A program made the translations under genes and the position numbers. The notes beneath the pieces were generated by a model. It searched no databases and was not told the origin of the DNA. It saw only the letters and a program-made list of their open reading frames with translations. From contig JBBCIM010000029.1 of assembly GCA_037200245.1 (NCBI GenBank), forward strand, positions 166,342 to 230,341: a DNA stretch of 64,000 nucleotides, given 5' to 3'. This DNA is from Pseudolabrys sp. GTDB taxonomy: Bacteria; Pseudomonadota; Alphaproteobacteria; Rhizobiales; Xanthobacteraceae. Of the stretch, positions 25,448 to 35,298 are shown piece by piece (within the stretch, counting starts at the first letter, position 1; each line of letters begins with the position of its first letter).

Positions 25448-25810
25448 GATCCCGATGTCATCCTGATGGATGAACCGTTCGCAGCGGTCGACGCCATGAC
25501 CCGCCTGACGCTTCAGGAAGAACTCGGCCGGCTGTGCGTGGCGACGCGCAAAACGGTGTTCTTCATCACGCATTCGGTCGACGAGGCCGTGTTTCTCGGC
25601 GACCGCGTGCTTGTGATGACGCGCAGGCCCGGCACCATCAAAGCCGAGATCGCGGTGCCGCGAGGCGCTGCCGGCGGCCGCGATTGGGAAAGCTTCACTA
25701 CCGACGCCGAAATGCAGGGCATCGCCGAAAGCGTGCTCAAGCTGGTGCGTGCCGAGCGCGGTCTGACCCCGGCGGAAGAGGCGCGCGCCGTCGCGGGCGC
25801 CAGCGCATGA
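25448..25810 (+). pseudogene. C-terminal fragment of a nitrate/sulfonate-type ABC ATPase (no Walker A or signature)
   Basis: Begins at [15 protein letters not shown] (Walker B/D-loop); FITHSVDEAVFLGDRV. Confidence 0.85.
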
Positions 25811-26644
25811 GTGTGGCGAGCGCATCGCACGAGGCTGCCGCGCGTCCATTTCCGCTGCCCAGCGGATGGACCGTTGCCGCCCGACAATTGCGTGGCGTCA
25901 AAATACTATTCCCGTTCATTGTGCTGGTCGCGATCTGGTGGGCTATCCAGGCGACCGGCAATTTTCCCGAGCGTGTTCTGGTGTCGCCGCGACGCGTGTT
26001 CGACACCATGGTGCTGCTGGTCGAGCATGGCGTGCTCGCCGAATACGTCAGCACCAGCTTGCGCATGATCGGTATCGCCACTGCCGTGTCGGTGCTGGTC
26101 GGCGTGCCGATCGGCTTTGCGGTCGGCGCCAATCGTTACGCGGCGCGTTCGCTCGAAGGCTTCTTGCGCTTTCTGCAGGGTGTGTCGGGCATTGCCTGGC
26201 TGCCGCTGATCATCATCTGGTTCGGCTTTACCCACACCACGACGCTGGCCGTGGTGATCTATACGCTGATCGTACCGATCGTCTTCAACACCATGATCGG
26301 CATTCGCGCGATCCCTGAGCACTACGCTTTGGCGCTGCGCTCACTCGGTGCCGGCAGGCTGCGGCTGATTACCGATGTCTACCTCCCGGGCGCGCTGCCG
26401 AGCATCGTGGTCGGGCTGCGCCTCGGCATGGGCTACGGGTGGCGCGCGTTGATCGCTGCGGAAATGTTGGTGCGGCAAGGCGGGGCTCGGCGATCTCATT
26501 TTTGGCGCACGCACCTCCGGCCAGATCGACCGCATCATCGGCGGCATGATCATCATCGGCACGCTCTACTTGCTGATAGACCGATTGCTCGTGCAGCCGC
26601 TAGAGAATGTGACGATCGCGCGCTGGGGAGTGCTGCGCAAATGA
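25807..26644 (+). CDS. ABC transporter permease (SsuC/TauC-like)
   Basis: IAWLPLIIIWFG, LPGALPSIVVGLRLG, WRALIAAEML. Confidence 0.88.
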
Positions 26645-27476
26645 GCGTCCAAGGCCACACAATCGCGGCGCCGTCGAACGTGCGCCATGCGCTGAACCGG
26701 CTGACGTGGATTCTGGTACCGGCGGCACCATTTGTCATCGTGCTGTTGGCCTGGATCGTCGCGACCACAGCCCTGCATCCGTCGAAGGAAACGCTGCCGC
26801 CGGTGTCGGATGTGCTGGCGACCGTCAAAGAACTTGCCGTGTCCGGCCAGCTTGCCACCAACGTGCTCGCAAGCCTTTACCGGCTGCTTCTTGGCAGCAT
26901 ACTCGGCGTGATCACCGGTTTGATCGGCGGCGTCATCGTCGGGCTGAACCGCAAATTGGCCGAGTCGCTCAACCCCATCGTGGTATTCTTCAACGCGATC
27001 TCCGGCATCGTCTGGCTGCCGCTGATGATCACGTGGCTCGGCATAGGCACCGCGCTTGCCGTGTTCCTGATCTGGAACACGGTGTTCTTCATCGTGTTCC
27101 AGAACGCCGCGCTCGGCGTGCAACTCGTGCCGGAAGCCTATGAGCAAAGCGTGCGGGCGCTCGGCGGCAGCCGCTGGGGAGACGATGCGCAGCGTCACCT
27201 TGCCCGGCGCGTTGCCCTATATTCTGACAGGCATCCGCACCGGCCTCGGTTTTGGCTGGCGTGCTTTTGATCGCCGCCGAACTAGTCGGCGCCGCCACCG
27301 GCCTCGGCACCATGATTTTCGACGCCGCGGAATATCACCGTTCCGATATCATCGTCGCCGGTTGTCTGATTATCGGGGTCATCGCCATTGCGATGGATCG
27401 CTGGCTGCTGCTGCCGATCGAGCGGCGCACGGTGCTGCGTTGGGGCCTGGTTTCCGACGCCGAGAAGGAGCGCTGA
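26641..27476 (+). CDS. Second ABC transporter permease (SsuC/TauC-like)
   Basis: IVWLPLMITWLG, LPGALPYILTGIRTG, IAAELVG. Confidence 0.88.
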
Positions 27477-27479
27477 GCC

Positions 27480-27845
27480 ATGAGCCAGGCGAAAACGGTC
27501 AAACCGCCAGGCCGCCGCAGTCTGTGGGCCACCGCCGACGGCCGCCGCTTCATCACCGGCGCGGTGGTGCTGGCGGTCATCTTGTTCGGACAGAACGTCT
27601 ATGGCATGGCGACCGCGTCGAGCCGGCTCGACCCGGCGTTGCGCAACGCGACGGGACCGAGCAATGTCATCGTCATTCTCGATTTCATGCCGGATCGCTT
27701 CCACAATGAACGGGTCGCGCAATATGGCACTTTCGCAGGACGCGACGGGGCGCTCAACCGGCTGCGGCTGCGCTTTGTCAGCCCCGACAATCTCCACGCA
27801 CTGGCGGAAGTCGCGTGGATATCGCGCATCGAGCCATTCGAGTGA
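27480..27845 (+). CDS. Hypothetical protein with one TM segment
   Basis: Operonic spacing; hydrophobic segment FITGAVVLAVILFG. Confidence 0.65.
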   Translation: MSQAKTVKPPGRRSLWATADGRRFITGAVVLAVILFGQNVYGMATASSRLDPALRNATGPSNVIVILDFMPDRFHNERVAQYGTFAGRDGALNRLRLRFVSPDNLHALAEVAWISRIEPFE

Positions 27846-27899
27846 CGACATGGCCGCGCGACCTTATAATGTCGGGAAATAGGACGGAGTGTCAGGTCC

Positions 27900-28677
27900 A
27901 TGAGCGACGGTGAAGTGCGATTGGTGCGTGACGGCGCAGCGGCGACGGTTCTGTTCGACCGGCCGCAGGCGCGCAACGCCATGACTTGGCAGATGTACGA
28001 AGGCCTCGGTGCGGCATGCAAGCAGCTCAAAAGCGACAGCGGCATCCGCGTCGCGGTTTTTCGCGGCGTCGGCGGCAAGGCCTTCATTGCCGGCACAGAC
28101 ATTGCGCAGTTTCAATCGTTCACCACGGCCGAGCAGGGCACAGATTACGAAGCCAAGATGGAGGCCTATCTCGGCGCCGTCGAAGCTTTGCCGATGCCGA
28201 CGCTTGCGGTGGTCGAGGGCTGGGCGATCGGCGGCGGGCTGGCGATTGCCGCCTGCTGCGACCTGCGCATCGCCACCACGGGATCGAAATTCGGCGTACC
28301 GATCGCGCGCACGCTGGGCAACTGCCTCTCGGTCGCCAATTACGCGCGGCTGGTGGCGAACCTGGGCGTGGCGCGCGCCAAGCGTATGCTGCTGATGGCC
28401 GAGAACATTCCGGCCGAGGACGCGCTGGGCCGCCGGCTTCCTGATGGACGTGCTCGATTCGGCAGCGCTCGATGCCCGCATCGCCGAAATCTGCGAACGC
28501 CTGCAAGGCAACGCCCCGGTCACCATGCGCGTCACCAAGGAAGCCATCCGGCGCTTGCAGCACGCAAACCTGCCGGACGACGACGATCTTGTGCGCGCCT
28601 GCTATGGCAGCGACGACTTCCATACCGGCGTCAAAGCGTTTGTCGAAAAGCAGCCGCCGCAATGGCGCGGCCGCTGA
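27900..28677 (+). CDS. Enoyl-CoA hydratase/isomerase (crotonase) family protein
   Basis: RPQARNAM, AFIAGTDI, AIGGG, CDLRIA, DFHTGVKAFVEK. Confidence 0.88.
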
Positions 28678-28723
28678 TCGCACTTCCCCGAACCTGAAAT
28701 CACCCGAAACGAGGAAAGTTCAA

Positions 28724-29155
28724 ATGCATCCTTACGACAAGCAAATGCTGACCGTGGTTCGCCAGAACAAGATCGGCACCGACACCAGCTACGAGCCGCC
28801 GCTGCGCATCGGTTTCGGCATCAGCGACAAGACCGTCGGCGACGTCGCCAACGCCACCATGGGCCGTACCATCTTGGTGCCGGGGGCCGGACCGAACCCG
28901 ACGCATTATCATGCCAAGAACGACGTCTGCTGGTACATCCTCTACGGCAAAGTGAAGTGCTGGTATTCAAAGAGCGACGGCAAGGACCGCACGGAGGTCA
29001 TCCTCGAAGGCGGCGATTTCGTCTACGTGCCGTCGGGCGCCATTCACGTCATCTCCAACGCGTCGGAGACGGAAGAGGCGTCATTGATTTTCTGCTACAT
29101 CGGCGTGCCCAACACCGATGCTGCCGAAACGGTCTGGCTGCCGCATATGAAGTAA
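28724..29155 (+). CDS. Cupin-domain protein
   Basis: HYH...WYILYG and GDFVYVPSGAIH cupin motifs. Confidence 0.85.
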   Translation: MHPYDKQMLTVVRQNKIGTDTSYEPPLRIGFGISDKTVGDVANATMGRTILVPGAGPNPTHYHAKNDVCWYILYGKVKCWYSKSDGKDRTEVILEGGDFVYVPSGAIHVISNASETEEASLIFCYIGVPNTDAAETVWLPHMK

Positions 29156-29199
29156 GCGGCGAAACATATCCACGATTTTTCTAAAGCAGGAGTGACACA

Positions 29200-29526
29200 A
29201 TGTTCCGCCACATGGCGATTCTAAAGTTCAAGCCCGATGCCAAGCAGGCGGATATCGACGCTTACTTCAAAGCGTTCCCCGGTTTGATGGCGAGCCTTCC
29301 GGTGATCAAGGCCTGGAATATTGGCCGCAACCAAGGCGCCGGCGGCGAGACCCACGTCAAGAAAGGCAGCTTTGCGCCGAACTACGACGTCGGGCTGATG
29401 ATGGATTTCGATTCCGGCGCGGACTATCTCAAATACGCCGAGTCGCCCGAGCATCAGGCCTTCTTCGCCAAATATTGCGTGCCTATCTTGGCCGAGCGCG
29501 TGGTAGCCCAGTTCAACAAGGACTGA
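29200..29526 (+). CDS. Dabb (stress-responsive A/B barrel) family protein
   Basis: MFRHMAILKFK...YDVGLMMDF...YAESPEHQAF. Confidence 0.8.
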   Translation: MFRHMAILKFKPDAKQADIDAYFKAFPGLMASLPVIKAWNIGRNQGAGGETHVKKGSFAPNYDVGLMMDFDSGADYLKYAESPEHQAFFAKYCVPILAERVVAQFNKD

Positions 29527-29573
29527 GCCGCGCCACGTGCGGTGAGGCTAGATCAGATCCTGCGCGACGACCT

Positions 29574-29921
29574 TCATGAAGGCGCCGTGGGCGAGGGGTG
29601 ATCTTTGGGCTGCGTTGGTTGTCCTGCTTGGTTCGGGCTTGCTCGAACAGCATGGCGCCGAAGCTGCCGCCGGCATCCATCAGATCGTCCTTGTCGCATT
29701 TCGCTGCGAGGGGCGAGGCCGATCGCCGCCAGGTGGCCGCGACGGCCGCAATAGATCGCCAGTGTCGCGCGGAGCGACGGCGACACCGCCTCAATGAGGT
29801 CGTCGCGTCCTTCCGGACTTGCGCGATACAACTGTCCCAGAACCGCTTCGGGAATAGGGCAGATCTCTTCGTTTAGCTGCATGGATACGCTCTCCGGCCC
29901 CCCGGCACTCTTCGTTTGCAT
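29574..29921 (-). CDS. Hypothetical protein (frameshifted; start may be at 29882)
   Basis: CPIPEAVLGQLYRAS...RATLAIYCGRRGHLAAIGL. Confidence 0.55.
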   Translation of the reverse strand: MQTKSAGGPESVSMQLNEEICPIPEAVLGQLYRASPEGRDDLIEAVSPSLRATLAIYCGRRGHLAAIGLAPRSEMRQGRSDGCRRQLRRHAVRASPNQAGQPTQPKDHPSPTAPS

Positions 29922-29929
29922 TCAAATCG

Positions 29930-29945
29930 TTAACAAATCGGTAAC
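29930..29945. promoter_or_regulatory. Possible CtrA box (TTAA-N7-GTAAC, one mismatch)
   Basis: TTAACAAATCGGTAAC upstream of the 29574-29921 gene. Confidence 0.35.
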
Positions 29946-29993
29946 CGTGAAACGGCGTGACGGACCTTCTTCGGGCAAACCCACGAATTTCCG

Positions 29994-31221
29994 TCACCCA
30001 ACAAGAATCGCCAGCGCACTCGCTTGGTCGATCGACATGACGTTGATCTGCTGCATCGAGAACGCATTGCCTTGTGTCGTGGTCAGGGCGCTGATGTCGT
30101 CGGTGCTGATGCCGGCAATCGCCGCGGTGCTCAGGGCTGGAATACCGGTCGTGCTGGTGAGTGCGCCGAATTGTTCGGTGGTCAGGGCGGCAATCTGGGA
30201 GCTCGTCAGCGCGCCGGCTTGCGATGCCGTCAATCCGGCCAACTCTGTCGTCGTCAAGGGTATTGAAGTCGGCCGGCGTCACCACACCCATCTGCGCGGC
30301 AGACAGGCTCCCGACCTGCGTCGAGGTCAAATGGCCGAACGTGGTGGTGTTCAGTCCAGCCACCTGGACGGTCGACAACCGCGCGACGTTCAACGCCTGA
30401 AGATTGTCGGTCGCCAATCCGTTGAGTTGGGACCACTTCAGGCCCTGCACCTGCGTTGCCGTCAGCGCGGCTGTCTGGGTCGTCGTCAGGTTGTTGAGCA
30501 CGGTGGTCGCAAGATTGCCGAGCTGCGTCGCAGTCAGCGCATTGGCCTGAGTAGTGCTCAGCGTGGTGATCTCGGTGGTGGTCAGTTGACCGATCTGCGC
30601 CGCATTCAGCGCCGCCACCTGGTCGGCCGTGAGCGTGCCGACCTGTGTGGTGGTCAAATTGCCGATCGCGGTGGTGTCGAGACCGGAGACTTGATCCGTT
30701 GTAAGCCTGACGGCGTCGATGACGTTGAGCTTGCCGGTGGACAAGCCGTTCAATTGCGTGCTGGTCAGGCCCTGCACCTGCGCCGTCGTCAGCGCCGCCG
30801 CTTGCGTGGTGGTCAAGTTGTTGAGTGCAGCGACGGTCAGGTTGCCGAATGTGGTCGCGGTCAGTGCGTTGGCCTGATCGGTGCTCAGGTTTTGCAATTC
30901 ATCCGTCGTCAAGGCGCCAATTTGCGATGCGGTCATTTGGCTGAACTGATCGGACGTCAGCTCGCTGATTTGGGTCGTCGTGAACGATTGGATTTGCAAA
31001 TCCAACAGCGCGCTGATGACGCTGGGCGACAAGGCCTGGACCTGCGTCGTGGCGAGAAATTGCAGATCGGTCGAGGTGAACGCGTTGATCTGCGCGGCGT
31101 TCAAGACCGCCACTTGGGTCGTGGCCAAAGCCGCGATGCTGGTGGTGTGCAGACTGTGGATGGCTGTCGTCCAAAGCCCGGCAACCTGCCGCGTGCTCAG
31201 GGCGTAAATTATCGAAGACAT
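29994..31221 (-). CDS. Thr/Ala/Leu/Gln-rich octapeptide (L-T-x-x-Q) repeat protein, ~410 aa; frameshift near 30255
   Basis: Continuous LTTTQ/LTAAQ periodicity across ORFs 29791-31221 and 29994-30257. Confidence 0.8.
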
Positions 31222-31407
31222 CTCGTCGACCCCACCCCGACTGACCGTCGCCGCGCTTTAGGACGCGTCCGCTCGCGGCGCGGGATGGAGATTCACACGC
31301 GGAAGTTTATTGAATCTAACGGTGCTCGATTTTTTGGAACTTTAGACTTACCGCGGCCTAAATTTTCAGTCGCTTTGCAGATTGTCCGTTGGCAGCGGGA
31401 GGGGTAT

Positions 31408-31422
31408 TGGCGGAAAGGGCGT
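31408..31422. other. Degenerate att-like copy of the tRNA-Ser 3' end (TGGCGGAAAGGGCGT)
   Basis: 12/15 identity to TGGCGGAAGGGGTGA at 39230 and 48788, same orientation. Confidence 0.4.
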
Positions 31423-31619
31423 CCGTCGAGCGCCAGTCCGAGGCAGTCCGGCCACATCCAAATTATCCATGTTAATACAGCAATTTATTCACTATCTTTG
31501 TCCACCAACATCCAGCAAGTGCGTCCCCATGTGGTCGGCAACAACGCTGCCGCCTCCGGCAGAAGCGGCAGATCGGCGGCGGATAACGAGGGTCAGTTTC
31601 GAGCCGCGGGCCATTTCCA

Positions 31620-31908
31620 AACCATGTCTCGGGCATACTTTTGAAAAAGAGCGTGGTTTGCGATGGTCGAAGGCGGTAAGTGGGTCGGCGCCGCACGCGC
31701 CGCTTTTGACGGAACCGTGGTGGTGCAGAACGAAACGCTGATCGGCAAGCCGGGCCTCTTGACCACCGATCCATTTGGCCAAGGCTGGATGCTGGTGGTG
31801 CGCCCGGCCGGCGACGATTGGCGCGTCGGGCTGGTCACCGGCGCCGACATCGGCCCAACCATGGAGCAGTGGATCGCCGGTGCTTCGTACAAGGATCGCG
31901 CCGGCTAA
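31620..31908 (+). pseudogene. GcvH-like (LbpA-like) lipoyl-carrier protein lacking its N-terminus
   Basis: VEGGKWVG lipoyl-Lys motif; G.VV..N..L...P......DPFGQGW; no upstream homologous frame visible. Confidence 0.65.
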
Positions 31909-33095
31909 TGGACCGCGCCGGATCCGTTCATACCGATATTGTTTTGCTCGGCGGTGGGCACGCTCACGTACATGTTCTAACGGCATTCGCGATGCGGCCG
32001 CTGCCGGGCGCGCGGCTGACGCTCATCACGCGCGACGTGATGACACCGTATTCCGGCATGTTGCCGGGCCTAGTTGCAGGGCTTTATCGCTTCGAGCAAG
32101 CCCATATCGATCTCGTCCGTCTCGCCACTGCGACCGGTACACGGTTCATTCATGCCGAAAGCATTGGGCTGGATCGCGCCAACAAGCGCGTGTTGCTCGC
32201 CGGCCAGCCGTCAATCGTCTACGATATTCTGTCGATTGATGTCGGCATCGCGCCGGCTCTGGCGCCGATCCCGGGTGCGGCCGAGCATGCCGTCGCCGTC
32301 AAGCCAATTGGCTCGTTTCTCAACAAATTCGGAGAATTGCTGGAGCGTTGCGGTCGGCCAGACGGCCCGCGCCGGATCGCTGTAATTGGCGGTGGCGCCG
32401 GGGGCGTCGAACTCCTGCTGTCGGTACGGACGCGCCTATTAGCTGAAGCGCGCGAAGCCGGGGTCGACGCGGATGCCTTTGCATTCACGCTTGTGACTAA
32501 CGGCGAAATTCTCGCCACGCATAATGCCCGCGTCCGCGACGCGTTCCGGCAGGTCTTTGCGGCGCGGGGCATCGCATTGCATGAACATAGGGCTGCGCGC
32601 GCCGTGACGGACCGTGCCATCGAAATGGACAATGGAGAAGCAATAGCCGCCGACGCGGTCTTGATAACGGCAGGCGGTTCCGCACCTTCTTGGTTCCGCG
32701 GCACCGGCCTCGATCTCGATCCTAAGGGCTTCCTTGCCGTTGCACCGACGCTACAGGCAACGAACGATCCGGATGTCTTTGCGGCTGGCGACTGCGCGGC
32801 GCTGGCAACGCCCCGCGAGAAGGCGGGGGTTTATGCCGTGCGAGCCGGACCGCCGCTGGCGGACAATCTCCGCCATCGCGCGCGTGGCGAGCCCCTGAAA
32901 CCGTGGCATCCGCAGCGGCGTCATCTGGCGTTGATATCGACTGGCGAGCGCTATGCCATAGCCTCACGCGGCGCGCTCAAGGCTGAAGGCGCCTGGCTGT
33001 GGACCGTGAAAGACTGGATCGATTGCCGCTGGATACGGACGTACCAGGACGTCGATACGCTGGTTTCGCGGGTGCCGCCGCGGGTGTCCGCATAG
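31908..33095 (+). CDS. Pyridine nucleotide-disulfide FAD oxidoreductase of the family usually found N-terminal to SelD
   Basis: GGGHAHVHVL, PYSGMLPG, VKPI, GGGAGGVE, FAAGDCA, KAGVYAVR, KDWID. Confidence 0.82.
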   Translation: MDRAGSVHTDIVLLGGGHAHVHVLTAFAMRPLPGARLTLITRDVMTPYSGMLPGLVAGLYRFEQAHIDLVRLATATGTRFIHAESIGLDRANKRVLLAGQPSIVYDILSIDVGIAPALAPIPGAAEHAVAVKPIGSFLNKFGELLERCGRPDGPRRIAVIGGGAGGVELLLSVRTRLLAEAREAGVDADAFAFTLVTNGEILATHNARVRDAFRQVFAARGIALHEHRAARAVTDRAIEMDNGEAIAADAVLITAGGSAPSWFRGTGLDLDPKGFLAVAPTLQATNDPDVFAAGDCAALATPREKAGVYAVRAGPPLADNLRHRARGEPLKPWHPQRRHLALISTGERYAIASRGALKAEGAWLWTVKDWIDCRWIRTYQDVDTLVSRVPPRVSA

Positions 33096-33120
33096 CCGCG
33101 GCCTATGGAACGGCCCAGTT

Positions 33121-33181
33121 GATATGAAATCGCAATCGGTCGAGTTCAATATCCGATCGTGCTCAATCAGATAAACCGATC
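33121..33181. promoter_or_regulatory. Two T-N11-A LysR-type boxes upstream of fdsG
   Basis: GAT-ATGAAATCGCA-ATC (33121-33137) and AT-CAGATAAACCG-AT (33166-33180). Confidence 0.4.
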
Positions 33182-33263
33182 ACGCCATGTGATGTACGGC
33201 ATTGATCGACCTACGGTAACTGGCCAACGTCTTAATTCATCTAATGAGAATCGGAAGCACGAC

Positions 33264-33737
33264 GTGGCGGTTTACGAGCCCTGGAACGCGGCGCGCGCGC
33301 GCGAAATCATCCTGCAATATGGCGGGCAGGAAGGCGCGATGCTTCCAATTCTGCACGCGTTGCAAAGCGAATTCGGTTGCATTCCTGAGCCGGCCGTACC
33401 GATGATCGCTGAGGTGCTCAATCTGTCTCGCGCCGAAGTACACGGCGTTGTTACATTTTATCACGACTTCCGTAGCGAGCCGGCCGGGCGCCATGTCTTG
33501 AAGCTGTGCCGTGCGGAAGCCTGTCAGGCGATGGGTGGCAATGCCCTTGCGGCACGCGCGGAAGCGAAACTTGGCTTAGACTTCGGTCAGACCAGCGTAG
33601 ATGGCCGTGTCACTCTTGAGCCGATCTACTGCCTCGGCCTTTGCTCGGTGGCGCCGTCGGCGATGCTCGACGGCAAGATCGTCGGGCGTTTGGACGAGAA
33701 AAAGCTCGATTCGCTGCTGGCGGAGGCAGCACGATGA
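33264..33737 (+). CDS. fdsG: NAD-dependent formate dehydrogenase gamma subunit
   Basis: LPILHALQ, SRAEVHGVVTFYHDF, CRAEAC, YCLGLC. Confidence 0.92.
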   Translation: MAVYEPWNAARAREIILQYGGQEGAMLPILHALQSEFGCIPEPAVPMIAEVLNLSRAEVHGVVTFYHDFRSEPAGRHVLKLCRAEACQAMGGNALAARAEAKLGLDFGQTSVDGRVTLEPIYCLGLCSVAPSAMLDGKIVGRLDEKKLDSLLAEAAR

Positions 33738-35289
33738 GCGCGCTTCGCATTTATGTGCCGGGCGATGCCGCTGCGGTCGCCTGCGGCGCGGATGAGATCG
33801 CAAGCGCGATTAAATCCTCCGCGGCCCATCGAAAGATTGACGTCGAGGTCATCCGCAACGGTTCGCGCGGCATACATTGGCTTGAGCCGATGCTTGAGGT
33901 CGCCACCGACGCAGGCCGCATCGCCTACGGGCCGGTTGAGTTTTCGGATGTAGAGAGCGTGCTCGATGCGATGGTTGCCGGCGGCGGCGCTCACAAATTG
34001 CGTATCGGCGTGCCGGAAGACCATCCGTTCATGAAGAAGCAGACGCGGCTGACGTTTGCCCGCTGCGGCATCGTCGATCCGCGCTCGCTTGAAGATTACA
34101 AAGCGCATGACGGCTACAAAGGCCTGGCGCGCGCGCTCGCCAATCCGTCCGGGATTGTCGAGGAAGTGACGCAGTCGGGGCTTCGCGGTCGCGGCGGCGC
34201 CGGCTTCCCGACCGGCATCAAGTGGAAGACGGTCGCGGAGACCAAAGCCGAGCAGAAATACATCGTGTGCAATGCCGACGAGGGCGACAGCGGCACTTTC
34301 GCCGATCGTATGATCATAGAGGGCGATCCCTTTGTGATGATCGAGGGTATGACCATCGCCGGCATCGCCGTCGGCGCGACCAATGGCTACATCTACATCC
34401 GCTCGGAATATCCGCACGCCATCGCCATGATGAACCACGCCATCGCGACCGCTCGGCGCGCTAGGATGCTGGGTCCGGGTGTCGCCGGCTCGTCTTACGC
34501 CTTCGATCTTGAGGTCCGTGTCGGCGCCGGCGCTTATGTTTGCGGTGAGGAAACCGCGCTGCTCGAAAGCCTCGAGGGTAAACGCGGCGTCGTGCGCGCC
34601 AAGCCGCCGTTGCCGGCGCACAAGGGCTTGTTCGGCAAACCGACCGTCATCAACAATGCCCTCTCGCTCGCGGCGATCCCCATCATCATGGATAAGGGCG
34701 CTGCTTTCTACAAAGACTTCGGCATGGGCCGCTCGCGCGGCACCATGCCGATCCAGCTTGCCGGCAACGTCAAAATGGCGGCCTGTTCGAGGCCGCTTTC
34801 GGCATCACGCTCGGCGAACTGGTCGACGATGTCGGTGGCGGCACCTTGAGCGGCCGCCCGGTGCGGGCAGTTCAGGTCGGCGGCCCGCTCGGTGCGTATT
34901 TCCCGCGCGCGCTGTTTGGTACGCCATTCGACTACGAGGCCTTTGCCAAAGCCGACGGCCTGATCGGTCATGGCGGCATCGTCGTGTTCGACGACAGCGT
35001 CGATATGGCCAAGCAGGCGCGTTTTGCCATGGAATTCTGTGCCATCGAATCGTGCGGCAAGTGCACGCCGTGCCGCATCGGCTCGACACGCGGCGTCGAA
35101 ACGGTGGACCGCATCATCGCGGGCGAGGATCGGGCCAAGAACCTGACTGTCCTTGAAGACCTCTGCAACACCATGAAATTCGGCTCGCTCTGTGCCCTCG
35201 GCGGTTTCACGCCCTATCCGGTGATGAGTGCGCTCATCCATTTCCCTGAGGACTTTGGCACGCCCGCGCGCCTGCAGGCAGCAGAATAG
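33734..35289 (+). CDS. fdsB: Formate dehydrogenase beta subunit (NuoF-like); frameshift near 34775
   Basis: GLRGRGGAGFPTG, CNADEGD, GAGAYVCGEE, ESCGKCTPCRIG. Confidence 0.93.
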
Positions 35290-35298
35290 GAGACACCT

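Noticed and set aside
24826-25497. N-terminally extended 223-aa L6
   Set aside because: The extension is an alternative frame over the rpsH fragment and the junction; the true start is MSRIG at 25359.
29794-31644. 616-aa plus-strand ORF
   Set aside because: Antisense shadow of the LTxxQ repeat gene; Arg-rich composition with no recognisable motifs.
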